DNA from: Bacteroidales bacterium
GTDB taxonomy: Bacteria; Bacteroidota; Bacteroidia; Bacteroidales; UBA3663
DNA: 64,000 nt
Direction of reading: 5' to 3'
Assembly (NCBI GenBank): GCA_045628985.1
Contig: JAZQQH010000132.1
Location: 8-64,007 of the forward strand
Made by a program: the position numbers and the translations under genes. Below are positions 1 to 9,591 of this stretch, one piece after another. The notes below the pieces were generated by a model, which saw only the letters and a program-made list of their open reading frames with translations, searched no databases and was not told the DNA's origin. Position 1 is the stretch's first letter. Every line of letters starts with the position of its first letter.

Positions 1-27
1 CAATATTAATAACTAATTTTTTTTAAC

Positions 28-3000
28 ATGAACAAAAAGTTTTTAAGTGCTATCCTGTTTGGTGCTCTCGTAGCATCTACAGGTTCGTTCGTGTCTTGTG
101 CTGATAACGATGATAAGATCGATCAGCTTCAGGATCAGAACAGCGAGCTTAAGGCTCAGCTTGCTCAGTTGAAGAGCGAGCTCCAGGCAGAGCTTAAGAA
201 TGCTGCTAGCGCATCACAGGTTGCTGCTATCGAGGCTAAGCTTTCTGCTATCGAGGGCGTAACCTCTGACAACATCGCTGCAACTGTAGCTGCACTCAAG
301 GGTAACTTTGATACCCAGGAGGCTCGTGTCGTTGCTCTCGAGACCCAGATCAAGGCTCTCGAAGGTCTTAAGGACGTTGACGCTAGTGAGTTGATCGCAG
401 TTCTCAACAAGGCTAAGGAGAATGGTACAGCTGACATGACCGGTCTCTCTGCAATGGTTGATGCTCTCGACGCTCAGGTTAACACTCTCCTTACCGATGT
501 ACGCTCTATCGTATTCCAGCCAGAGTTCTACGTTGACGGTATCGAGGCTGCAGAGTATACATACCTCCGTTATGTACCTCTTTGCGACGATGGCGATGCT
601 CGCGTTTATGGTGAGCAGGTTAGCGATAAGCTTAGCCAGGCAGACACTGAGTATCCTGGTGGTTCTTATGTCGCTTGGAACTATGGCAAGTATAATTCTA
701 TTACGATTAAGAAGGACTTCAAGTGGGCTTATCTCCATGTAGGTGATATTACCACAGTTTGGGAGCACCCTGCTACTTATTCTGGTACCAGCTTGGAGAC
801 TGCTTTCTATATGAGCTCTTCTTCTTCTTGCAATGCAGATGGTTGTACTTCTAGTTCTTATGATTGGGGTTATGGTATCAGTAAGGCTAAGGAGGCTGTT
901 GTTGTAGGCAAGAACATCATTAACACCATGTATTTCGCAGTTAATCCTGCTAATACTGAGGTTAAGGCTGAGGATCTTAACGTTGCTGTTAAGAACGTTA
1001 TGGCAATGACTCGTGCTAGCGTTGCTGACGTTACTATTACCAACGTTACTCCTGTTAAGGATGGTGCTGCAGCTTCTAAGAATGAGAAGATTGTTAAGGT
1101 AGAGTACTATATTTCTAATCCTTTGGATATCATCACTGCTAACAATGATGAGTCATATAGTGTTCTTAATAAGAAGGAGAATACCACAATCATCAAGCTT
1201 CAGGCTGCTACCGAGGGTGGTATCGTAGAGTCTGACTGGGCTGCTCTTTATGAGACCTCAATTCAGCCAGTTGCTGTTTCTTTGAACAAGAAGGGTGCAG
1301 ATGCTAAGTGGAATGCTCCTATCAACTGTACTGGTGCTGAGAACGCTGCTTGTGGTGAGAGCTATCATAATTACTCTCATTATGCTAAGGATGCTGCTGA
1401 TGCTGTTTATCCTGAGCTCCACAAGAACCCATACGAGGCTCTTATCGACGATCATCGCACTGCTGAGATCGATTATCGTAGCCAGGGTATCAACATTGCT
1501 GAGCACATTGAGCTTCACTTCGTAAAGCGTGATGCAGAGAAGGCTGATCGCAAGCATGCTGATGAGCACAGCGCTACTGGTCACAACAACAATAAGAAGG
1601 AGGTTCTTCGTCCACACGTAACTATGTCTCTTGCTGAGGCTGCTTACAAGTTCGGCTTCACCTATGAGTTCGCTCTTGTTCCTTACACTACTGATGACAA
1701 CAAGACCAACAACTCTGCATACGCTCACTTGGCTGAGGCTGCTAGCATGGATAAGGCTACCTATGGTACTCCAGTGATTATCCCTAACACCGTTGAGGAG
1801 GATCCAAAGTTGGTTGATGATCAGTTCAACTTGATTCCTAAGAAGGCTGTTGCTACCAGCACCTATACTAGCAACGATGGTTATGAGCAGGGCGCATCTT
1901 CTGTAGATCGTCAGCCACTCGTTCAGGTTCTCGTTAAGAAGGACGGTGAGGTTATCCTTGATGCTTATGTTAACTTCATCATTACTCGTCACGTAGGTAA
2001 CATCATTGCTCCTCTCTTTGATCTTGGTTCAAAGGATAAGTCATGTCTTACTCTTACTTATGCAATGACCTGGAACCAGGTATCTGAGCTCCTTTATGAG
2101 CAGACTGCAAATAAGGGTCTCGGCATGAGCAAGCTTGAGTTCGAGGAGTCTTATGAGCTCGCTCGTTATGACAATGGCGCTATCATGCAGTTCGACGTTA
2201 AGGAGAACACCAACATCTATGGCGAGAAGGATTATGAGGCAACTCCAGTTAAGTACGAGAATACTTATACTGTAGTATATGAGGATATTGATCTCAATGG
2301 TACTACTACCAGCGTCCTCAAGCTTGATCTTGACAAGTTCGATCAGCAGTATGTATACGAGAAGGAGAACCGCAGCGACATTATCTATGTAATGTACATC
2401 CGCAAGGGCACCGCTGTTAACTCTACTCTTAACGGTATCCTCGTTCCAATGCAGATCGCTATCAACGAGGTTAAGGCTCTCGAGTATAGCGAGAAGAACA
2501 TCAACTTCTGGTATGACAAGACCGGTAAGCCAAATATCCTTGACTCAATCGGTATCAACAACCAGTCAATTCGTCTCAATGTTAACTACGCTCTTGATAA
2601 GGGTGATACCTACACCACTGAGAACGGTACTTTGAATGATGAGAAGTTCAATGGTGCTACTGTTCAGGGCTTCGTTCGCGATCTCGACGATGCATGGGAT
2701 GGCAAGGCTCTCAAGGTTGGTGCTGAGAAGGTTAAGACCCAGGCTAACTACTACTTCCACCCACTCACCAAGAATGTTGTAATCACTGATGAGTACAGCG
2801 GTGTTAAGTATCAGCTCGACGTTGATAGCGAGTCTATGTACTGCGCTATCTGGGTTATGGGTGATGATCCAGGGCTCTATACTGGTGTCAACAAGCACGA
2901 GCACCTCGTATCTGACTCAATCTCTAAGCAGGCTCCTGGCTTCGTTAAGCAGGCTGAGAAGGATAACAACGTTAAGGTAACTAAGGGCATCTACACCAAT

Positions 3001-3810
3001 ACTAAGCTCTATGCTTATGAGGTTGGCAAGAAGGCTACTACCCGCACTCAGATTGCTGAGTTGAACGGTCAGACTGGCGATGTACACTACATGTACAACG
3101 ACATGGCTAAGAAGGTACTCAATGCAACTGGTCACCGTGTAGCAGAGGAGTATGCATACTTCGGTATCTACCTCGCTAACGAGTGTGAGATTGCTAAGTA
3201 CATCAACTACGATGCAGTTCCTGAGAACATCTTCGCTGGCTACTGGCTCCGTCCACTCGACATCAAGCCATGTGACAACGACACCGTTATCGACGCTACC
3301 AACAATGCTTACTACATCTCAATCTTCGACAAGTACAACTTCTCAGATTGGCGTGACTACAGCATCGTTGACAAGACCAAGACTCCAATGGATTACAAGA
3401 ACGTTTGGTTGCTTGCATTCTATGGCGTTAAGTCTATGACCCTCCAGTTGGATAAGGTTACTACCGATATGAACAAGCACAACATCAAGACTGATCTCCT
3501 TACCTCTGTTAACCAGGATATCAAGATCTCTTATGTTGAGCACAACAAGACTTCTGTAATCGGTACTCTTGGTTCTGCTGCTACTAAGACCATCGACCTC
3601 AAGACTTACAACAAGGAGTCTATGGGTCTTAAGTCAACCTACGATGCAATCGTTGAGCACTTCGGCTACCTCAAGTATGAGAATAAGGGTGCTAACGTTT
3701 CTAACTTCAAGTTCCTTGTTCCTGTAACCTTCGGTTACGACTGGGGTGAGATCACTACCACCTTCGAGGTACAGGTTATCGGTACTGAGGGTAACCACGA
3801 CGGTGAGTAA
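28..3810 (+). CDS. Large cell-surface lipoprotein (major surface/S-layer-like protein family of Bacteroidales)
   Basis: 1260-aa ORF; lipoprotein signal MNKKFLSAILFGALVASTGSFVS-C followed by an acidic motif; N-terminal coiled coil; beta-rich C-terminus ending VPVTFGYDWG; codon usage typical of highly expressed genes (AAG, GAG, GCT, CTC). Confidence 0.7.
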   Translation: MNKKFLSAILFGALVASTGSFVSCADNDDKIDQLQDQNSELKAQLAQLKSELQAELKNAASASQVAAIEAKLSAIEGVTSDNIAATVAALKGNFDTQEARVVALETQIKALEGLKDVDASELIAVLNKAKENGTADMTGLSAMVDALDAQVNTLLTDVRSIVFQPEFYVDGIEAAEYTYLRYVPLCDDGDARVYGEQVSDKLSQADTEYPGGSYVAWNYGKYNSITIKKDFKWAYLHVGDITTVWEHPATYSGTSLETAFYMSSSSSCNADGCTSSSYDWGYGISKAKEAVVVGKNIINTMYFAVNPANTEVKAEDLNVAVKNVMAMTRASVADVTITNVTPVKDGAAASKNEKIVKVEYYISNPLDIITANNDESYSVLNKKENTTIIKLQAATEGGIVESDWAALYETSIQPVAVSLNKKGADAKWNAPINCTGAENAACGESYHNYSHYAKDAADAVYPELHKNPYEALIDDHRTAEIDYRSQGINIAEHIELHFVKRDAEKADRKHADEHSATGHNNNKKEVLRPHVTMSLAEAAYKFGFTYEFALVPYTTDDNKTNNSAYAHLAEAASMDKATYGTPVIIPNTVEEDPKLVDDQFNLIPKKAVATSTYTSNDGYEQGASSVDRQPLVQVLVKKDGEVILDAYVNFIITRHVGNIIAPLFDLGSKDKSCLTLTYAMTWNQVSELLYEQTANKGLGMSKLEFEESYELARYDNGAIMQFDVKENTNIYGEKDYEATPVKYENTYTVVYEDIDLNGTTTSVLKLDLDKFDQQYVYEKENRSDIIYVMYIRKGTAVNSTLNGILVPMQIAINEVKALEYSEKNINFWYDKTGKPNILDSIGINNQSIRLNVNYALDKGDTYTTENGTLNDEKFNGATVQGFVRDLDDAWDGKALKVGAEKVKTQANYYFHPLTKNVVITDEYSGVKYQLDVDSESMYCAIWVMGDDPGLYTGVNKHEHLVSDSISKQAPGFVKQAEKDNNVKVTKGIYTNTKLYAYEVGKKATTRTQIAELNGQTGDVHYMYNDMAKKVLNATGHRVAEEYAYFGIYLANECEIAKYINYDAVPENIFAGYWLRPLDIKPCDNDTVIDATNNAYYISIFDKYNFSDWRDYSIVDKTKTPMDYKNVWLLAFYGVKSMTLQLDKVTTDMNKHNIKTDLLTSVNQDIKISYVEHNKTSVIGTLGSAATKTIDLKTYNKESMGLKSTYDAIVEHFGYLKYENKGANVSNFKFLVPVTFGYDWGEITTTFEVQVIGTEGNHDGE

Positions 3811-3838
3811 TCTTTAGATTCTCTAAGTTAAACATATT

Positions 3839-3871
3839 AGAGTGCGTCTCTCTTGGGACGCACTCTTTTTT
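3839..3871 (+). terminator. Intrinsic terminator after the surface protein gene
   Basis: agagtgcgtctc-tctt-gggacgcactct stem followed by a T run. Confidence 0.8.
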
Positions 3872-3894
3872 CAAATAGTCTTTTTTTATTCTTT

Positions 3895-4383
3895 ATGAAA
3901 AAGATTCTTTATTTTGTTCTTTTCTTTATCTCTTCGTCATTGATTGTATCTTCTTGCTCTTCAAAGTCTGATAAGCAGGAGGGTGCTTCTGCACATGATA
4001 GCTTTGTTGCTTCATTAAGCAGTGCTGATACTACTGAGGTCTTGAATCTTTGTCAGGACTTCTTTGCTAAGCTCGCTGCTGGCGATAAGGAGGCTGCCAT
4101 CGGTATGCTTTCTTTGAGCAATGATTCTGGTCTTATTTCTTCAATGACTGACGAGAAAGCTCAGAGTCTGATCAAACAGTTTACGCTCTTCCCTGTACTT
4201 GACAATCATCTTGTAGATTATACATTTGGAGATGCTGCAGATAACTTGGTTCGCTTCAAGGTTGTCTTCTCAAAGGATGATCAGGGCAAGGAGGATGCTA
4301 TCAACTTTGGCTTGAATCCTATCCGCAAGGATGGCAAGTGGTATCTTACCGTACGTAATGCTTCTGCACAGGTTGCGCAGTAA
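3895..4383 (+). CDS. Small lipoprotein of unknown function
   Basis: ATG at 3895, MKKILYFVLFFISSSLIVSS-C lipobox; C-terminal LNPIRKDGKWYL resembles NTF2-like/DUF4878 ends. Confidence 0.65.
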   Translation: MKKILYFVLFFISSSLIVSSCSSKSDKQEGASAHDSFVASLSSADTTEVLNLCQDFFAKLAAGDKEAAIGMLSLSNDSGLISSMTDEKAQSLIKQFTLFPVLDNHLVDYTFGDAADNLVRFKVVFSKDDQGKEDAINFGLNPIRKDGKWYLTVRNASAQVAQ

Positions 4384-4400
4384 TACTTAATAAAAAGAAT

Positions 4401-4594
4401 AGTCCGACTTGATTTCAAGTCGGACATTCTTTTTTCGCGGAATGTCCGATCAGGTTCCCAGTCGGACAATCTTTCTTTGCGGAATGTCCGACCAGGATCC
4501 CAGTCGGACATTTTTTCTTTGCAGAATGTCCGACCAGGTTCTCAGTCGGACATTTTTTCTTTACGGATTGTCCGACTGAGTTCCTGATCGGACA
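4401..4594. repeat. Tandem array of five palindromic units with a 42-bp period
   Basis: (t)gtccga(c/t)-N10-(g/a)tcggaca units start at 4401, 4443, 4485, 4527 and 4569, joined by similar 16-bp linkers. Confidence 0.9.
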
Positions 4595-4608
4595 ATATAA
4601 ACAAAAAA

Positions 4609-4640
4609 TCACCCTTGCTACAAAAATGCAGCAAGGGTGA
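4609..4640 (-). terminator. Intrinsic terminator for gdhA (possibly bidirectional)
   Basis: tcacccttgct...agcaagggtga stem; A run on the + side gives a U tail on the minus strand. Confidence 0.65.
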
Positions 4641-4678
4641 CATCATAGTCGAATGAACCTTGATGGCATCAGCGTATT

Positions 4679-6016
4679 TTAGAATACACCCTGAGCCATC
4701 ATGGCCTTAGCAACTTTCATGAAGCCAGCAACGTTAGCGCCCTTCACGTAGTTTACATAGCCATCAGCCTCGGTACCGTACTTAACACAGTTGTCGTGGA
4801 TGTTCTCCATGATCCAGAGGAGCTTAGCATCAACCTCCTCGCTGGTCCATGAGAGACGCTGTGAGTTCTGAGCCATCTCGAGGCCAGAAACTGATACACC
4901 ACCAGCGTTAGAAGCCTTGCCTGGGCAGTAGAGGATCTTAGCGTCCTGGAATACCTTGATAGCAGCTGGGGTAGTAGGCATGTTAGCACCCTCAGCAACA
5001 GCGATACAGCCGTTAGCTACGAGAGCCTTAGCCTGCTCCTCATTGAGTTCATTCTGGGTAGCGCAAGGAAGAGCGATGTCTACTTTCTCACCCCATGGCT
5101 TAGCACCCTCAACGTACTTAGCGTTTGGATACTCGTTGACATACTCCTTGATACGGCCACGCTGTACCTGCTTGAGGTCGAAGATATAGTCGAGCTTAGC
5201 GCGATCGATACCCTCTGGATCGTAGATGTAACCGTCTGAGTCAGACATGGTCATAACGGTACCACCGAGCTGGAGAACCTTCTCTGCAGCGTACTGAGCA
5301 ACGTTACCAGAACCAGAGATGGCTACCTTCTTGCCTGCGATCTCCTGACCCTTGGTCTTGAGCATAGCGCGGAGGAAGTATACGGTACCGTAACCGGTAG
5401 CCTCAGGACGGATGAGTGAACCACCGAACTCGAGAGCCTTACCAGTAAGAACGCCCTGGAACTGACGGCAGTACTTCTTATATGCACCGAACATGTAACC
5501 TACCTCACGGCCACCTACGCCGATATCACCAGCAGGAACGTCGCAGTCAGGACCGATGTGACGATAGAGCTCGAGCATGAAGGCCTGGCAGAAACGCATA
5601 ACCTCAGCAGAAGACTTGCCACGTGGAGAGAAGTCTGAACCACCCTTAGCACCACCCATAGCGAGGGTTGTCAAAGAGTTCTTGAAGGTCTGCTCGAATG
5701 CGAGGAACTTCAGGATACCAAGGTTAACTGACTTGTGGAAACGGATACCTCCCTTGTAAGGGCCAATAGCGTTGTTGTGCTGGATGCGGTAACCCATGTT
5801 GGTCTGAATCTGACCCTTATCGTCCATCCAAGTTACGCGGAAGGTGTAGATGCGATCTGGAATGCAGAGGCGCTCAATGAGATTAACCTTATCGAACTCA
5901 GGGTGCTTGTTGTACTCCTCTTCGATAGTACCTAATACCTCTTCTACTGCCTGATGATACTCAGGCTCATTAGGGAATCTGCGCTTCAGATCCTCCAAGA
6001 CTTTCTTTGCGTCCAT
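4679..6016 (-). CDS. gdhA: NAD(P)-specific glutamate dehydrogenase
   Basis: GPYKGGIRF, MGGAKGGSDF, DVPAGDIGVG, RPEATGYG, GSGNVA motifs; 445 aa. Confidence 0.97.
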   Translation of the reverse strand: MDAKKVLEDLKRRFPNEPEYHQAVEEVLGTIEEEYNKHPEFDKVNLIERLCIPDRIYTFRVTWMDDKGQIQTNMGYRIQHNNAIGPYKGGIRFHKSVNLGILKFLAFEQTFKNSLTTLAMGGAKGGSDFSPRGKSSAEVMRFCQAFMLELYRHIGPDCDVPAGDIGVGGREVGYMFGAYKKYCRQFQGVLTGKALEFGGSLIRPEATGYGTVYFLRAMLKTKGQEIAGKKVAISGSGNVAQYAAEKVLQLGGTVMTMSDSDGYIYDPEGIDRAKLDYIFDLKQVQRGRIKEYVNEYPNAKYVEGAKPWGEKVDIALPCATQNELNEEQAKALVANGCIAVAEGANMPTTPAAIKVFQDAKILYCPGKASNAGGVSVSGLEMAQNSQRLSWTSEEVDAKLLWIMENIHDNCVKYGTEADGYVNYVKGANVAGFMKVAKAMMAQGVF

Positions 6017-6090
6017 TTTTCTAGTTGTTTTAAAGTATGTTGAATTTGTGTTTACCTTCTATAACGGCAATCTTAATCTATTTGCGAGTG

Positions 6091-6098
6091 CAAAGATA
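6091..6098 (-). promoter_or_regulatory. Bacteroidetes sigmaA -7 element for gdhA
   Basis: TATCTTTG on the minus strand (caaagata) matches TAnnTTTG. Confidence 0.6.
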
Positions 6099-6239
6099 AG
6101 CATATAGTTTGAGATATCCAAATAAAATTGTAAAAAAAGTTAGTATTTGCTGTAAAAAGTAGAAAAAGTTAATTATTTTCCGTTATTTATTGCAATTTGC
6201 CATATTATTTTGTTCTCAGCCGTGGCTTTATTTATCACA

Positions 6240-6293
6240 TGGAGTTAATAGAGTTTATGGAGTTTAATCACTCCTTATACTCTATTTACTCCA
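6240..6293. repeat. Inverted pair of 9-mer tandem repeats between the divergent gdhA and tex promoters
   Basis: tggagttaa-tagagttta-tggagttta followed by the complementary actcctta-tactctatt-tactcca. Confidence 0.6.
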
Positions 6294-6376
6294 TGTGTAA
6301 TAAAAAAGAGCCTGTTTATTTTACTATATGTGCAATAAAAAAGAGCAGATTTTTTCATTTTATCAAGAATTTTGTG

Positions 6377-6384
6377 TATCTTTG
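6377..6384 (+). promoter_or_regulatory. sigmaA -7 element for tex
   Basis: TATCTTTG about 30 nt upstream of the ATG at 6414. Confidence 0.65.
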
Positions 6385-6413
6385 CGCCACAAATCATCAA
6401 AATCACAGAAAAT

Positions 6414-8627
6414 ATGCTTGAAATCTATCCAGCGCTGATCAGTAAGGCGCTCAATATACCTGAAAAACAGGTGGCAGCTACGCTCGATCTGCTCGAGAGT
6501 GGATGCACAATCCCTTTTATCAGTCGTTATCGCAAGGAGGCGACAGGCTCGCTCGATGAAGTACAGATCGCCTCGATTGCCGACCAGTATGAGAAGCTTG
6601 GCGAGATGCAGAAGCGCAAGGTGACGATTCTTTCGACCATCGAAGAACAAGGAAAACTGACCGAGGCGCTACAGAAGCGTATCGAGGACTGCTGGGATGC
6701 TACCGTCCTGGAGGATATCTATCTGCCATATAAGCCAAAGCGTCGTACACGTGCCATGGTGGCGCGTGAGAAAGGTCTGGAGCCTCTGGCTAACTTTCTG
6801 CTTTCGCAAGCCACCGACCTGAACCAGCGACCAGCCACGCAACAGGACGTCGATCATGAGCTCTCTATATATATAAATAAGGAGAAAGGTGTGGAGACGG
6901 CCGAAGATGCGCTCAAGGGAGCTCAGGATATCATCGCGGAGATGATTGCAGAAGATGAGAGGGCGCGTAATACGGTGCGAAAGAATTTCTCTTTTGATGC
7001 GGTGATCACGTCGAAGAAGGTAAAAGTGAAAAGTGAAAAGGGAAAAATAGGAGATGCAGAAGAGAGTGACTTCGAGCAGAAGGCGCAGAAATATCGCGAT
7101 TATTTCGACTGGAAGGAGCCTCTGAAGCGTTGTGCAAGCCACCGACTGCTGGCCATGCGCCGTGGCGAGGCTGAAGGTGTGCTGCGATTGTCGATCAGTG
7201 GCGACGAAGGCGTGTGCATTGATCGCCTGACGCGACAGTATGCAAAGAGTAGTCGCTCGGCAGCTTCTCCGCTGGTGACCGATGCGATCATCGATAGCTT
7301 TAAGCGACTTTTAGGACCAAGTATCGAGACGGAATACATGCAGCAGAGCAAGGTCTCGGCCGATCAGGAAGCTATCCGTATCTTTGTCCGCAATCTGGAG
7401 CAGCTGCTGATGTCTGCGCCGCTTGGTCAGAAGCGTGTGCTGGCGCTCGACCCGGGTTTCCGCACGGGTTGCAAGCTCGTCATTCTCGATCGTGAAGGCA
7501 ACTTGCTGCATCATGACGTGATCTATCCTCATCCACCGAAGAGCCAGTTCGTCGACGCGATGGATAAAGTAGAGTCGCTGGTGAAGAAGTATCAGATTGA
7601 GGCTATCAGCATTGGAAATGGCACGGCGTCGAGAGAGACGGAGGAGTTTGTCAAGGGATTGGACTTGAAGATTCCTGTGTTTGTGGTCAGTGAGGACGGA
7701 GCGTCGATCTATTCGGCCAGCAAGGTGGCACGAGAGGAGTTCCCTGATGAGGATGTGACGGTGCGAGGTGCTGTTAGCATTGGCCGACGACTGATGGATC
7801 CGCTGGCCGAGTTGGTCAAGATCGATCCTAATTCCATCGGAGTGGGACAGTATCAGAAGGACGTCGACCAGAAGGAGCTGAAGAAGAGCCTCGACCAGAC
7901 GGTAGAGAACTGTGTGAATAAGGTTGGCGTCAACCTGAACACGGCTTCGAAGCACCTCTTGACTTATATCTCGGGCCTTGGACCTTTGTTGGCGCAGAAT
8001 ATCGTGGATTATCGTGCACAGCATGGCGCCTTCAGGAATCGTCGTCAGTTGCTCGACGTGCCTCGCATGGGACCGAAGGCTTACGAGCAGTGTGCAGGCT
8101 TCCTGCGCATCACCGATGGCGATAATCCGCTCGATAACTCGGCGGTGCATCCAGAGTCGTATACTATCGTTGAGCGTATGTCAAAGGATCTCAATTGCAA
8201 AGTCTCTGACCTAATGGGACCGGACGGCAAGGAGATGCGAGAGAAGATCAATCTGCAGCAATATGTATCGACCGACGGAAAGGGTTTGGGCCTGCCGACC
8301 CTTCAGGATATCCTCAAGGAACTGGAGAAGCCTGGACGAGATCCGCGTCAGCAGCTTGAGGAATTCAGCTTCAGCAGTGAGGTGAAAGTGCTGGAAGATG
8401 TGCATGAGGGAATGGTGCTTCCTGGTATCGTGACAAACATCACGAATTTCGGGTGTTTCGTCGATGTGGGAGTCCATACTCAGGGCTTGGTGCACGTTTC
8501 GGAGCTTGCAAATAAGTTTGTAAAAGATCCAAACACGCTCGTTTCGCTCCATCAGCATGTGCAAGTTAGGGTCAAAGAAGTGGATTTGAAGCGCGGAAGA
8601 CTGTCACTTTCGATGAAAAATCTGTAA
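6414..8627 (+). CDS. tex: Tex family transcription accessory protein (YqgF, HhH and S1 domains)
   Basis: TIPFISRYRKEATGSLDE, LDPGFRTGCK, IGVGQY, C-terminal S1 domain (NITNFGCFVDVGV); likely start is the ATG at 6414. Confidence 0.95.
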   Translation: MLEIYPALISKALNIPEKQVAATLDLLESGCTIPFISRYRKEATGSLDEVQIASIADQYEKLGEMQKRKVTILSTIEEQGKLTEALQKRIEDCWDATVLEDIYLPYKPKRRTRAMVAREKGLEPLANFLLSQATDLNQRPATQQDVDHELSIYINKEKGVETAEDALKGAQDIIAEMIAEDERARNTVRKNFSFDAVITSKKVKVKSEKGKIGDAEESDFEQKAQKYRDYFDWKEPLKRCASHRLLAMRRGEAEGVLRLSISGDEGVCIDRLTRQYAKSSRSAASPLVTDAIIDSFKRLLGPSIETEYMQQSKVSADQEAIRIFVRNLEQLLMSAPLGQKRVLALDPGFRTGCKLVILDREGNLLHHDVIYPHPPKSQFVDAMDKVESLVKKYQIEAISIGNGTASRETEEFVKGLDLKIPVFVVSEDGASIYSASKVAREEFPDEDVTVRGAVSIGRRLMDPLAELVKIDPNSIGVGQYQKDVDQKELKKSLDQTVENCVNKVGVNLNTASKHLLTYISGLGPLLAQNIVDYRAQHGAFRNRRQLLDVPRMGPKAYEQCAGFLRITDGDNPLDNSAVHPESYTIVERMSKDLNCKVSDLMGPDGKEMREKINLQQYVSTDGKGLGLPTLQDILKELEKPGRDPRQQLEEFSFSSEVKVLEDVHEGMVLPGIVTNITNFGCFVDVGVHTQGLVHVSELANKFVKDPNTLVSLHQHVQVRVKEVDLKRGRLSLSMKNL

Positions 8628-8741
8628 TATTCTTTCATATTTGTCAAAAAATTGTCAAAATCGTTAAATTGAACGAATTTTGTGCGACATTGAAACAAAT
8701 GTTGTTGGAAGAGTCAATTATTTGACGTATCTTTGCACCGT

Positions 8742-8893
8742 CGAAAAAGGAATGGCAATATTTCTTTTTTCAATAATTGGATTTCATAGCAAGGTTTAGT
8801 TATACATTCGATGTTTTATTAATGGTATTAGTTTTATTCTAAGGTATAGTAGTGTTATAAAAAATAGTTGGCCGTGAGGTCAACTATTTTTTT
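8742..8893 (+). ncRNA. Putative ~150-nt intergenic small RNA
   Basis: TATCTTTG promoter at 8728-8735, no credible ORF, ends in aatagttggcc-gtga-ggtcaactatt plus a T run; the next gene is on the opposite strand. Confidence 0.6.
8859..8893. terminator. Bidirectional intrinsic terminator
   Basis: A run - tagttggccgtgaggtcaacta - T run. Confidence 0.85.
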
Positions 8894-8941
8894 ATTCGTT
8901 ATTTTATCTTTTTCCCTTTTCCTTTTCACTTTTTCCCTTTA

Positions 8942-9154
8942 TTATGGTACCGGGTCATATCCCGATCCTCCCCAAGGATGGCAGCGACAGATGCGCTTCA
9001 GGCCGAGCCAGCTTCCTTTGAGCGCTCCATATTTCTGGATTGCCTCGAGCGTGTATTGCGAGCACGTCGGAGTGTATCGGCACGCAGGTGGTGTCAATGG
9101 AGAAATATGATGCTGGTAAAAGCGGATCAGGAACAAGAGGAGGCGGCTCAGCAT
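8942..9154 (-). CDS. yidD: Membrane protein insertion efficiency factor YidD
   Basis: [10 protein letters not shown]...[17 protein letters not shown] signature. Confidence 0.97.
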   Translation of the reverse strand: MLSRLLLFLIRFYQHHISPLTPPACRYTPTCSQYTLEAIQKYGALKGSWLGLKRICRCHPWGGSGYDPVP

Positions 9155-9561
9155 TTCTCTATTATTTTGATCAGGCGATTGATGGCTTTGCCGATGGCAG
9201 TATAGGTGTCGTCGTAGGAGATGAATCGATTGTCAGAATAGAGAAAGGCGACTTCGATGGCCTTTTTGTTTTCTTTGAGTGCATCCCACAACGGAAGTTT
9301 CTGTTTGCGATAGGCCTCGCGAGTCAGACGCTTGACGTGATTGCGGTCAACGGCATGCTTGAAGCGTTTCTTCGGAGCAACCGTCATTACGGAACAGCGC
9401 GATTGACGTTCTTCAGACGGACGAGTCTCGTCGTTCTCATCCTTCAGCAGATACACTACACGATACGGATAGGCCGTAAACGACGAACCATTAGCAAATA
9501 ATTCGCTAATGGATTCTCGCAGATACAGACGCTCCGTCTTGGGTAGTGTAAACTGTTTCAA
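9148..9561 (-). CDS. rnpA: Ribonuclease P protein component
   Basis: [31 protein letters not shown] (RNR motif); TTG start; next to yidD. Confidence 0.93.
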   Translation of the reverse strand: MKQFTLPKTERLYLRESISELFANGSSFTAYPYRVVYLLKDENDETRPSEERQSRCSVMTVAPKKRFKHAVDRNHVKRLTREAYRKQKLPLWDALKENKKAIEVAFLYSDNRFISYDDTYTAIGKAINRLIKIIEKC

Positions 9562-9591
9562 AGTTAGGAGTGAGGAGTTAGGAGTGGGGAG

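Noticed and set aside
4401..4594. CRISPR array
   Set aside because: The linkers are only 16 bp and nearly identical rather than unique, the units vary, and no cas genes are in the window.
4415..4612. ORFs with a 14-aa repeat (KKCPTGxLVGHSA and the overlapping 4281-4511 frame)
   Set aside because: These are by-products of the 42-bp DNA period; the DNA palindromy explains the pattern better than a protein would.
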